From IMG/VR virus record IMGVR_UViG_3300042878_001023, positions 1 through 64,000 of that record: a DNA stretch of 64,000 bases, one strand, 5' to 3'. Below are positions 40,629-51,100 of the stretch, piece by piece (the first letter of the stretch is position 1; each line of letters begins with the position of its first letter). A program made the translations under genes and the position numbers. This stretch comes from a virus (taxonomy: Duplodnaviria > Caudoviricetes). A model generated the notes under the pieces. The model had not been told where the DNA came from and did not search any database. It saw only the letters and a program-made list of their open reading frames with translations.

Positions 40629-43403
40629 TTATAATATAAATGGATAAGTAATATCACCATAAACAAAACCTCCACTTTGCTTTTTACCAAATTGTGCATT
40701 CAATACTTCAAGCTTATTATCTCCAGAACCAGAAGGGCTGTTTTTCAATTTTTCAGACACACATTTTTGAATTGTTGCTTCATCTTTATAACGATTAGAA
40801 CATTCTTTGTAATAATCATCTTCAGTATTTCCTGCAGTTTCAGGTTTGATTTGTCTAGCTTTACTTGGATCAAATTCTACTTTACCACCAACACTAGGAT
40901 CAACTTGCTGTTGTGGATACATTTGATTTAAAGCATCTGTTTTGTACTTATTAGTAATACCAGCATTAGTTTGATTAAGAAGATTATTTTTTAATGCCAT
41001 TTTACTATTATCAAACTGTTGATTAGCAATTGTATTTTGATCATACATTTTACTTTGATTAGCTTGATTAAGAGCAGCCTCTTGATTGTTAATTGCAGTA
41101 CTACTTTGCTCAAACTGATTAGCAATTCCAACATTTGCACTATTATATTTAGCTAATACATCAGCTGCATTTTTAGCACCTTGTCCTTGAATAGATGATG
41201 ATCTAGCAGACAAAGCTTGAGGTCCTGCAAACTGAGCCATTCCAGCAGTTTGAATATTTGCTTGTTCAGCATTAGCAGCAAGTTCTCTAGTAGGATCCAT
41301 AAAAGTAGGTTTTGGTGTTTGTAAATCTACTCTTGGAGCCCCCATTGGAGAATATTTCTTAGCAGAAAATAAATCAATAGCGGCATTACCAATATTTAAT
41401 TTATCTTGTAACCACATTTCAGGTTCTTTCTGTTCTACTTCTTGTTTTATTTCTTCTTGTTCTACTTCTTCTTTTTCTTCTTGTCCTGGTTCTGGATCAC
41501 CTTCTACTACTTCTTCTTTTTTCACTTCTTCTGTTCCAGGAGCTTCTTCAAACTTTCCTTTATCCATATTAGGACTTACACCATGACCTAATGTACTATT
41601 ACCAGCATAACCATCAATAGGTGATAGTGTAGCATATTCATCACCATATAATTTAGCCATCTCAGATTCATCTCCAGCACCTGTATTACTTTCTCTACTT
41701 GCAGCATCTCTACCTAAAAAAGTATCCATTCCGTATGTTGTATCATCATCAAAACTATTATATTCACCTTTTACTTTTTTAGCTTGCATTCTAGCAACAC
41801 CATGTGTTGCAGCTTGTTCTAAAACAGTTTCTTCTTCTGTTGGTAAAGTAATCCCTAAACCTTTAGCAATATCATTTTTATTTGTCCACTTTTTTTGTGT
41901 ATACTCATCTTTTATTTTATCATATTCAGCTTGATCTTTTACAAGATTTCTTTTTTTCAAGTCCTCAAATTTTCCAAAACCTTTAGCACCATTATCAAGA
42001 TAAGCCATATCAATTCCCGATTCTTTAATCTTATCATTTCTTTCTTTTTGTTTGATAAGACTACTTGCAATCTGGTCATCAGTAAAATTTTTCTTATTAT
42101 ATACACCATACTTACCAGCACCTTTTGAACCATAAGCAGCAGAATTCTTTAAAGCTTCTTTTGTTTCTTTAATAAGTTCAGCTCTAATTTTTGAATCTTT
42201 ATTATTAAACTCAGATTTTAAAAAGTCTGTACCTACTTTATTAATAGATTGAAGATCAGCTACAGTTTTTTGTTTTTGTGGATCTGGAGCTTTATAATTC
42301 ATTTTCTTACCACCTTTCATAATAGATGGTTCTTTATCTGGATTTTTTCTTTTCCATGCATAACGTGCTTTATCAGCTTGATTATCATCCATTCCGGTAA
42401 TATCTAATACATCACCAGCTGGACTAGCACCACCTGTAGGACCTGTTGTACTAGGACCTTTATCACCTTGGTATGTTCTTAAAGCACCTCCTCTAGCATA
42501 CATAGGAGATTTAGGTCTTCCCATATAGTTTCTAGGATTAGCTCCCATAGCCATACCATATTCAGCTTCTGGTATATCATCTGAGTAAGGGAAATCAAAA
42601 CCACCAATAAACATACCACCATACTGTTGTTCGGGCATAGCTACTGGTTGACCTTGATTCATTTCTTGAGCTTCATTATCTTGAAATTCAGTATTTGATT
42701 CATCTGTTTCTTCAACATTTTGTTGTTCTGATTGCTCAAGTTTCTGACCAACTTTATTACCAAAGTCTTTTATTTCAGGACTGATAAAAGTTTGTTCATC
42801 TTGTTTATTTTCAGCCATATATGGTTTAGCCACAGCAGGAATACCTTGTGGGAATCCTTTCTGAGATTCTTGTACTAATGCTAAGGCTGCTAATTTTTTA
42901 TTAAAATTACCAATCATTAACTCAGCAGTTCTAACATCAATGTTATCAGAATCCGGATCTTGAAGTATTTTTCTATACTTATCTACATCATATTGCTTTG
43001 CTAACTGAGCGGGAGTATAACTTTTTTTACCTTTAGAGCCTTTACCAAAATGAGACAATAATACAGGATCTTTTACATTCATTCCTCTAAAGTCACTGTA
43101 TATAAAAGTATCATCTGGTAGATTTAATGGTACACCACCACCAGAGTGTCTTGGCCCTTTAATGATTTTGTGTTCTGGTATTCCATCTCCATTGATATCA
43201 CCATATACAGTCTCACCTCCTTCAGCTTCAAGATTAGCTTCTTCTCTAGGAACAGCAGTAAGATATTTACTGATGCGGGTATTAGGTTTACCTATATAAG
43301 CATTATAGTCTGCACCACCCATTGCTGGTACATCATTTGCTAATGAACCTTGTACTTGGTAACCTGTTCTAGCTTGCGGTACTTTTTTAATTCTAACTCT
43401 CAT
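40629..43403 (-). CDS. crAss-like cargo protein (C1-like)
   Basis: EAEGGETV...GPRHSGGGV motif, Q/N/A-rich C-terminal helical region and xQxGG-type motifs. Confidence 0.7.
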   Translation of the reverse strand: MRVRIKKVPQARTGYQVQGSLANDVPAMGGADYNAYIGKPNTRISKYLTAVPREEANLEAEGGETVYGDINGDGIPEHKIIKGPRHSGGGVPLNLPDDTFIYSDFRGMNVKDPVLLSHFGKGSKGKKSYTPAQLAKQYDVDKYRKILQDPDSDNIDVRTAELMIGNFNKKLAALALVQESQKGFPQGIPAVAKPYMAENKQDEQTFISPEIKDFGNKVGQKLEQSEQQNVEETDESNTEFQDNEAQEMNQGQPVAMPEQQYGGMFIGGFDFPYSDDIPEAEYGMAMGANPRNYMGRPKSPMYARGGALRTYQGDKGPSTTGPTGGASPAGDVLDITGMDDNQADKARYAWKRKNPDKEPSIMKGGKKMNYKAPDPQKQKTVADLQSINKVGTDFLKSEFNNKDSKIRAELIKETKEALKNSAAYGSKGAGKYGVYNKKNFTDDQIASSLIKQKERNDKIKESGIDMAYLDNGAKGFGKFEDLKKRNLVKDQAEYDKIKDEYTQKKWTNKNDIAKGLGITLPTEEETVLEQAATHGVARMQAKKVKGEYNSFDDDTTYGMDTFLGRDAASRESNTGAGDESEMAKLYGDEYATLSPIDGYAGNSTLGHGVSPNMDKGKFEEAPGTEEVKKEEVVEGDPEPGQEEKEEVEQEEIKQEVEQKEPEMWLQDKLNIGNAAIDLFSAKKYSPMGAPRVDLQTPKPTFMDPTRELAANAEQANIQTAGMAQFAGPQALSARSSSIQGQGAKNAADVLAKYNSANVGIANQFEQSSTAINNQEAALNQANQSKMYDQNTIANQQFDNSKMALKNNLLNQTNAGITNKYKTDALNQMYPQQQVDPSVGGKVEFDPSKARQIKPETAGNTEDDYYKECSNRYKDEATIQKCVSEKLKNSPSGSGDNKLEVLNAQFGKKQSGGFVYGDITYPFIL

Positions 43404-43412
43404 GTTGTAAGA

Positions 43413-46337
43413 TTATAAATATTCTACTTCACCTCCATTTGCAAGGAATTCTTCTAATTCTTCTTCAGTCATATCAACTTCATCTCCCTCAGTAAATCCT
43501 CCTTCTTGCATATAACCACCTGTTTGCATACCTTCATATTCATTTGGACCAGGTTGAATTGCTTCTAATGTTCTAGGATCAATTCTACCATCTTCAAATG
43601 GTGTAGGTCTTCTTTCATCCATTGGATAATATGATGGATCATTTCTTCTTGGACCACCACTTCCTACAGCATATGGAGTATTATATCTTTCTAAACCATA
43701 AGCTTTATTCATTAAGTCTTGTAATTCTCTGTGTCTATTAGTTTTTGTATATGCACTTTTTTGAGGTACTATTTTTAACCACTCAGAATCATTCATGGCA
43801 CCAATTGCTTCACGGTATTTAGTTTTATCTTCTTCACTATAATCAGCTTCTTCCATTGCATTAAGGAAGGGATCAACATTATCAGTATTTTCTCTTTGCA
43901 TCATTAATTCAAGACCTCTTTTAAACTCAGGAGTATCTGTAAATTCTTTTAGTATTTCTTTTTTAGTATTACCACCTTTTTGCATATAACCACCTTCTTG
44001 ACCATAAGCAAATCTTCCGCTAGTGTCACTACCCATTTGATCATATCTAAACTGACCAACTTGTTGACCATAATCTACATAATCACCTCTGTCTTTTGAG
44101 TTAGAAGCAGCATACATGTTATCAGAAGTAAAATTGTTGTCATACATTTCTTTCTGTTGCTTAGCAGAATCAAGATTGTTTAAGAATCCTGTTACAGCAG
44201 TTGCCCCTACATTAAATTTATTAACAGCATCTTCACCATCAAAGTTACTAGGAGCTCTTTGTTTATCAACTGCAATTATATCATCATTTTTTGGATCACC
44301 AAAATCTTCAGAAGTAATTGTTTGACCCTTAGTTTGATTAGGATCCATCTGTACTGTTTTAACTTTACCAGCATCAGGATTAACAGGAGCTGAAGGTGCA
44401 CCTGGAAATGATTGTGTAGCTCCCATAAAACTATTTGGATTTGAAGCAGGCTTTAACATACCTGATAAATCACCAGTGTTAGTAGTTGGATCAGAAGGTT
44501 TTTTAACCGGAGGTCCTGTTTGTGCTTTTGGTAAACCACCATATCTAAATGCATTTTTTTGATTTTTAAAATCAGACTGCTCTTTATTTTCTATATATTC
44601 TTGTAAATTTTCAAATTCTTGAGCTTTAGATTTACCAGGTTTAAATTGAAAAGTTTGAGGTAACATAGGTTCCTCTAATTCATCAGCTCCGTATTCTTCT
44701 TCTGTATCTAGTATATTTTGCATCTTATTACCATGAAATTTTAGAAAATCTTTCATGCTACCTGAATTTTTTATTAACTCTGAATCTGCTTGATCTCTTT
44801 CATTCATTACAGATGCATTCTCAAAATCTATTGGTGTAATCAGATCCTTATACTTAAATTTATCCACTACTGTTGGTAATTCAGCTTTATCTAAATCACT
44901 ATATGCAGGACCATAAACTTTATCAAAAATATTTACTGGATCCCAACGGTATTCTCCATTTCCAAGATCTCTTTTTTTAGTAATGATGTCTTTGTATGGT
45001 ACACCTTCATAATCTATATCAGACACAAAAGATTTATCTTTATCCCAAGCATCATCACTTCTTTTTTGATCTCTTGCTAAATCTTCTGGATTTTCATACT
45101 TATATTCAGCATGAACACCTTTGTTAAATGCAGCATCTTCTTTCATTGAGTCAGCACCTCTTCTAGCTTCTCTACCTAATTGTCTTTCTCCTCTTCTAAT
45201 TTCTCTTTTTGCTTTACCAGGTAAAGTATCCCAAACATCTTTTTCAACACCATGCTTTAGAGATTTATCTTCTGCCATTTGTTTTTCATAAGCAGCTTTA
45301 ATTTCTTGACCAGATGTTAATGGTTTACTAGAACCAGAACCTTTAGAATAATATTCAGTCCACTGTTTAGGTCTTCCTAATAATCCTCTTTTGTGAACTG
45401 TTTTAGCATATGGATTTAATCCTTCAAAAGAATCTTTGTATTCTTCTTTTGTTTTTGCATTATATGCTTTACTAGATATAATACCTCTTTTTGCTTCTGG
45501 TAACATATCAGCTTCATAGAATGGTATATCTGTTCCACCATACATGAACATTTCTGGTTGTTTATCACCACCAACTAGACCACCTGACTGTGCTTCTTGA
45601 AATGTACCCGTAGGCGGTTTATTTCTTTGCTCTGCAATTTTCTGAGCACCTTGGATTAATTCAGGATTATTAGAACCCATCATTTTTTTATAAAGCTCAT
45701 CAACAGCTGCTTTATCAGCAATCTCTTTTATTTTAGAAACAAATTCAGATTTTTTAGAAACATCTCCATTGATTGTATCAAACCTTTCTCCTTTACCAGG
45801 TTCTTTTTCAGCTCCTCCTTCTTGCTTTTTAAGTAAGCTTAATACATTTTTAGTAAAGTTTTTCTTAGATGTTTTACCACCATACTGGTATTCCATATTA
45901 GGATTGTAATCTTCTTCTTCATCCGCATATGAATTATAGTAATCTAATCCTTGATCAGATTCTTCTTCAACAGGTACTTCTTCTTGAGACATTTCTTGCT
46001 GTGGTTCAGTACCTTCTTCTGTAACCCCATTTTCTTTTTGTTCAGCAGCAGCTTCTTCCTCTTCAATTTCAGAATTAATTTCTTCCAATAAATAAGAAGC
46101 TATATCTTTTCTTATACCCTTACTTACAAGAACTTTATATATATCCTGATCATCAATATCTTCAGATTTTAAACCTTTTATGTAAAGCTTAACATTCTCA
46201 AGTTGTTCTTGGACATCATCTTGACTACCAGATACCTCCATACCTCCTTGAGCTTTTTCTAAAAACTGCTTTGTTTTATTTATGTATTTACCTTCTCCAT
46301 CATGAGATTTGTAAATTCTAACTTTTCTTTTTTCCAT
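43413..46337 (-). CDS. low-complexity putative cargo protein with multiple QxGG motifs
   Basis: 974 aa, acidic and probably disordered. About ten AQxG(G)/YQYGG/MQxGG motifs. Confidence 0.65.
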   Translation of the reverse strand: MEKRKVRIYKSHDGEGKYINKTKQFLEKAQGGMEVSGSQDDVQEQLENVKLYIKGLKSEDIDDQDIYKVLVSKGIRKDIASYLLEEINSEIEEEEAAAEQKENGVTEEGTEPQQEMSQEEVPVEEESDQGLDYYNSYADEEEDYNPNMEYQYGGKTSKKNFTKNVLSLLKKQEGGAEKEPGKGERFDTINGDVSKKSEFVSKIKEIADKAAVDELYKKMMGSNNPELIQGAQKIAEQRNKPPTGTFQEAQSGGLVGGDKQPEMFMYGGTDIPFYEADMLPEAKRGIISSKAYNAKTKEEYKDSFEGLNPYAKTVHKRGLLGRPKQWTEYYSKGSGSSKPLTSGQEIKAAYEKQMAEDKSLKHGVEKDVWDTLPGKAKREIRRGERQLGREARRGADSMKEDAAFNKGVHAEYKYENPEDLARDQKRSDDAWDKDKSFVSDIDYEGVPYKDIITKKRDLGNGEYRWDPVNIFDKVYGPAYSDLDKAELPTVVDKFKYKDLITPIDFENASVMNERDQADSELIKNSGSMKDFLKFHGNKMQNILDTEEEYGADELEEPMLPQTFQFKPGKSKAQEFENLQEYIENKEQSDFKNQKNAFRYGGLPKAQTGPPVKKPSDPTTNTGDLSGMLKPASNPNSFMGATQSFPGAPSAPVNPDAGKVKTVQMDPNQTKGQTITSEDFGDPKNDDIIAVDKQRAPSNFDGEDAVNKFNVGATAVTGFLNNLDSAKQQKEMYDNNFTSDNMYAASNSKDRGDYVDYGQQVGQFRYDQMGSDTSGRFAYGQEGGYMQKGGNTKKEILKEFTDTPEFKRGLELMMQRENTDNVDPFLNAMEEADYSEEDKTKYREAIGAMNDSEWLKIVPQKSAYTKTNRHRELQDLMNKAYGLERYNTPYAVGSGGPRRNDPSYYPMDERRPTPFEDGRIDPRTLEAIQPGPNEYEGMQTGGYMQEGGFTEGDEVDMTEEELEEFLANGGEVEYL
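43506..43995. repeat. perfect 16-bp direct repeat pair (43506-43521 and 43980-43995)
   Basis: TTGCATATAACCACCT occurs twice, 474 bp apart and in frame. It encodes GGYMQ on the - strand. Confidence 0.8.
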
Positions 46338-46352
46338 AACTTGGGTATATAA

Positions 46353-46365
46353 ATAATATACTAAA
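46353..46365 (-). promoter_or_regulatory. candidate late-promoter motif TTTAGTATATTAT
   Basis: A similar motif recurs upstream of other structural genes (55928-55940 and 61877-61889). Confidence 0.4.
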
Positions 46366-46394
46366 TTTTAATTTACAAAATAAACTTATTATGT

Positions 46395-48185
46395 TTATTG
46401 TTCTTCTACAATGTATCCTTGATTTATATAATCTTGAATCTCATCATCTGATAATTCTAATTCAACTTCTCCACCTGATTCAAAAAATCTACTTTTAGGT
46501 TTCATTATGTAATCATGACCCCCAAGTTCATTTTTTACTTTTCCAATTTTTCTTAAATTTAAATCTGTACCAATAAGTTCTCTTTCTTGTAAAACAAGTT
46601 CGGGTAAGCTTTTATAAGAAGATCTCAAGTCTTCAGGTATTTTATTTAAAACTTCATCAGAATAATCTGTATAATGCTCATTTTTTATAAAATTTTTACC
46701 AGCTTTTTTTGCATTTTTTCCACTAAGAACAATTCTATCTTTTGGTCCATTATAATCTGCACCTCTACCTGCAGAAAATGAAACAGGTCTATCACCAAAA
46801 TTTATAGTTTTGTTTTTTAAATTAAATAGTTTTGGATCTTCAGCATTTATTTTTCTTATTAATACTGTATCGTCAGGCATATCAACACCTGTTTTTTTTA
46901 TCAAATTATTTAGTTTAGATCTTAATACCTCGTCTACATTACCCCATCTACCTGTATATGGAGATGAGTCAAATGCATAATCTCTAATCATAGCATGTTG
47001 CCATTCTGTAAGTGGTTTTTTATTTTTTATAGCATTATATATATCTTGTGCTTGATCTGATGTTACACCTTGTGCTCGGCTTTTCCAAGCATAAGGTAGT
47101 ATAGTTTCACCATGAGCAACTTTATCAGCAACATCATCAACATATTTATAAGCATCTTTTACTTTATTACCTGTACCAAAACCTGAAAAGTTAAGTGCAT
47201 TTAAGGTGTTTTCATATAATGCATTTGCTACATTATCCGCTGTTGGCTTTTTATAAGCTTTCTTAGTTGCCTTTCTTACATCACTGTTTGGGTCAATATA
47301 GTCATTAACACCCATGACACCTCCTGCTGCGGTAAGAAAGTTTCCAAGATTAGCTCCTGGAGCCCATGATGGAGCAGCCGCCATCATTGTTTTGAAACCT
47401 TGTTTTACTAATGGAGCAGCAGCTTTTACTCCCTTTACAGTACCTGGTAGTAAAGCAGCTTCTGTAAAAAATTCATCTGCATAATTACCAGCACCTTGTG
47501 GTTTAGAATATAGATTTTTTGTTTGGTCTGTTGCCCAAGAGTCTTTCTTAGGATCAAAAGTCTTATTAAAAACTTTACCGTCTTTACCTATAACTTTTGT
47601 ATATACAGTACCATCTTCTTTCTGAACCTTAATAGTTTTGTTACCTTTTTTATCAGTGTGTTCTTTAGTAGATATTATTCCTTTCTGAGCTTGATTAAGT
47701 TCTGGTACAGATATATCTTCTACTATGTAACCACCTTTTCTGTATTCTTCTATTTCATCATCTGTAAGTTCTGCTTCTACATATTCACCACCATCTTGAT
47801 AATAATCTACAGTTGGATCATATACTCTATTCTTGTAATTCTCAAACAATGGATATTTAAGGAATAACTTATTAGTACCAGATAAGCTTTTAGTTTTTTT
47901 CTTAGCTCCTCCTTTTCTCATTTGTGGATATTCATCAACATAATCTGCTCCAGGAAAAGTGTAGTCTGCTCCGGGAAGCATTATCTTTCTTTGACCATTA
48001 TTGGCTACACCTAATACAGGATAACCTACTCCTTTCATAGTAATATCATTACTAGGAATTCTAGTTGGTAATCCAGGATATTTCCACTGACCCATTGGAT
48101 CATTGATCATATCTTTAGGTTTCTTAGGTGCTTTAGCTTTGTCCAACTCAGCTGAAGCTTTAGATAGAGCTTTTTTATTATACAT
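46395..48185 (-). CDS. putative cargo protein with C-terminal ADP-ribosyltransferase-like domain
   Basis: N-terminal DPMGQWKYPG...ITMKGV.YPVLG...DEYP domain. C-terminal LTEWQ..IRDY, VLIRK, VSFS and QERELI give an R-S-E pattern. Confidence 0.65.
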   Translation of the reverse strand: MYNKKALSKASAELDKAKAPKKPKDMINDPMGQWKYPGLPTRIPSNDITMKGVGYPVLGVANNGQRKIMLPGADYTFPGADYVDEYPQMRKGGAKKKTKSLSGTNKLFLKYPLFENYKNRVYDPTVDYYQDGGEYVEAELTDDEIEEYRKGGYIVEDISVPELNQAQKGIISTKEHTDKKGNKTIKVQKEDGTVYTKVIGKDGKVFNKTFDPKKDSWATDQTKNLYSKPQGAGNYADEFFTEAALLPGTVKGVKAAAPLVKQGFKTMMAAAPSWAPGANLGNFLTAAGGVMGVNDYIDPNSDVRKATKKAYKKPTADNVANALYENTLNALNFSGFGTGNKVKDAYKYVDDVADKVAHGETILPYAWKSRAQGVTSDQAQDIYNAIKNKKPLTEWQHAMIRDYAFDSSPYTGRWGNVDEVLRSKLNNLIKKTGVDMPDDTVLIRKINAEDPKLFNLKNKTINFGDRPVSFSAGRGADYNGPKDRIVLSGKNAKKAGKNFIKNEHYTDYSDEVLNKIPEDLRSSYKSLPELVLQERELIGTDLNLRKIGKVKNELGGHDYIMKPKSRFFESGGEVELELSDDEIQDYINQGYIVEEQ

Positions 48186-51100
48186 TATCTTAGAGAAGTT
48201 TCATTTTTACTATTACTGATTTTCAAAATAATATTAGTATTACCAGATTTATTTTTCTTTAAGTTAACAAAACTCATGTAATGTCTAAACTTTTTTCTTT
48301 GTAATTCTGGTTTGGAATAATCTAAATTATTAAAATTAAGTGTTCTTCTAAAACCATCTGGTTCAGTAATCCATGTAGTTTCACCAGCATAGTTACCAAT
48401 CAATACTGTTGTATCAGGTATAACTTGTCCTATTGGAGGATATGATCCACCTAATGGGAACTCACCTCTGTTGTTAGTAATATCCCAAAACTGATTAAAT
48501 CTATATTTATTCTCTTCTTTTGAAAATAGTATATCAAAAGAATTATTATTTAGATTTAATTTTGGATACTGTCTAGCTAATATTAAATCATTTTTAGGAT
48601 ACAAATTTAAGTTTAAATATCCGGATACTTGTTCTGAGTTATACACAACAGCTGTATCAAAGTTAAAATCTAGCACATGATGTGAATCCACACAGTTATC
48701 AGATTTTCTATAAGCCTCCATTATATACTCAATAGATCTTGTAGTAGTAATAGTTTGACCTGACACAATTGGAATATCTATTTCACATGCGTAGTCTACA
48801 CCATAGTACTTACAATAAGAATCACATAACCAGTTATGTCTCCAACCACCTGCACCTTTTGTAGATATAAATACATCTTTAGTAGGTAATAATAAATCTG
48901 GATGCCAGTCATGAAAACTAATCCAGAATTGACTTTTAGGGTCATAACTAATTGTCCAGGAAGCATCTCTAAATATAGTAGTGTCACCTAATCTATATTG
49001 AACTGCCTGATTGTTATCTACTATAAAGTAATCTCCTGTACCATCAGATTTTAAGGGCACATAAGTTGTTCTTCTTTTGAATGAATCTATTAACTGATAA
49101 TCCTTCTTACAGAAGTATAATATAGTGTTAGTATTATCAAATACAGATTGACATCCAATACCAGCTACTGGGTTATCTTGATAAGGATATAAAGGAAAGT
49201 CTACTGTTAGTTTGTACGGTAGGAAAAGTGTGAACCACCATTTCATCCCCTGTTGAGATAATTCTTGAAGTCCTTGACCATATGAGAATATTTTACCAGC
49301 TGCTTGAGATATATAGAATATACCTACTGGTGTTGATATCACAGACAATCTATTTTGAGAAGCACCATATTCATATGCTTTATCAGAATTTGCTACAGCT
49401 TGACCAGGTTGACTAAATAATCCTCCGTCCCCAATAGTAACTTTTGTTCCTAAATCAGTATTAAGTGTATCCACACCTTGGAACATCACAGGGCTATCAT
49501 TCTTAAAAGTGATCATAATACCTGATTTGTTTATAGGTTTTACTCCACTAATTTGAGATTTAAATGTTCTATAGTTATTTATTAAATATACAAACCAGCT
49601 ATCTTTAATTGCTTCATCTTGTTGTGGTAATGAATAAATGATTCTATTAGGGTAGTATGTATAACATAACTCAGACACATTTGGATTATAATATCTACTC
49701 TGCATAGATCCTAATGAGAAATACTGGTTGTATAATTTAGAAACACTTAATGAATAGTCATATTGGTAAAAAGAATTCTTACCCATGATCTCTGGATTCA
49801 TATCAAACATCTCTTGGTAATTAGTATATCTGTAAGGATCATAAAACTTATTACCAATGTTATCTGCTTGCTTTCTAAAGTCTAGTAATACTTCTGACTC
49901 AACAAAGAAGTCTCTTATTGAAGAAGCTGCTAAGTAAAAGTAAGAATCTTTACATATAAAAAACCCAGGATAATTAGATGCGGTATCAGTTACATAATCA
50001 TATTTTTTAGTAGTACCTTCAAAGTAATCTAAATTATAAAAGTTAGAAGGTAAAGGACCTGTACCAGGAGTTTGAGCATTATCAGCAAAGTTAGCAAAAT
50101 CTGTAAACAAACTTGCCAGATTACTTGAATCATATAATTGACTGTTTAATCTAAACCTTGGATGAGGAATCATACTTTTTAAATAGTAATTATATTCAAA
50201 ACCATCAGGCTGACTATATAACCAATCAAAAAAGAATAACATGTTATTTTTTTCTGTGTATCTATTTACATAAGTATCTCCTCCAAAAAATATTGGTGTT
50301 CTAGGAATTACAAATCTTTTTTTACTAACAGAATTACAAGTTACAGCTGTTATTTCTTGAACATTAGATACACTAAGTTTTTGTTCACAATTAGAAATTG
50401 TAATTTGTTTAATAGAATCTAACTGTCCATATTGATTTCTAACTCTACCTTTAAGAGCTCCGTAGTGACTTGCAATTGGTAAACTAAAAGGATCATCTGT
50501 ATCATTCATACCAAAATTTGGAACAGAAGGATTTCTAATTTGTTTTAATGTACCTAATGTAACTAATGATTCATCAATGTTTAAAAGCTTAGGACCTACA
50601 TTTTGATTAGCACCATTTTTAACTCTTAATGTAACTGTAGCTGGTCTTTTTAAATTATTGATACTATAAGATCTGTAAGTATTAGTATTATCAAGATACT
50701 TACTCATTTGTTGAATATTATCTCTTAAATAAAAAGCATCATCAATAGTAAATCTTTTAGTATCTGTATTTCCTACAGGTTGCATTTGAGAATAAAAACC
50801 ATAAGCTTTCATTTGAAGAGCAAATGGTTTATAAGATGTTACAGCATATAATATTTTAAGAGCAATGTCTACACCTTGAGAAAAGTATGTTGCAATATTT
50901 TGACCCGCTGCTAGTATTCTAAGAGGTCCTGGTAAATAATTTGTTTTAGCAATTTCTGTATGTAATTCAGGGGCTGTATACACGGCTCCTTTTTGTGTTA
51001 AATTAGTAGTAGCTGATGTTTGATATGCAGTACCTAATACATCAACTAATCCTGCTGTAGCCAAATCAGCTAAGGCACCTGTTGTTGCATTATAAGTGGT

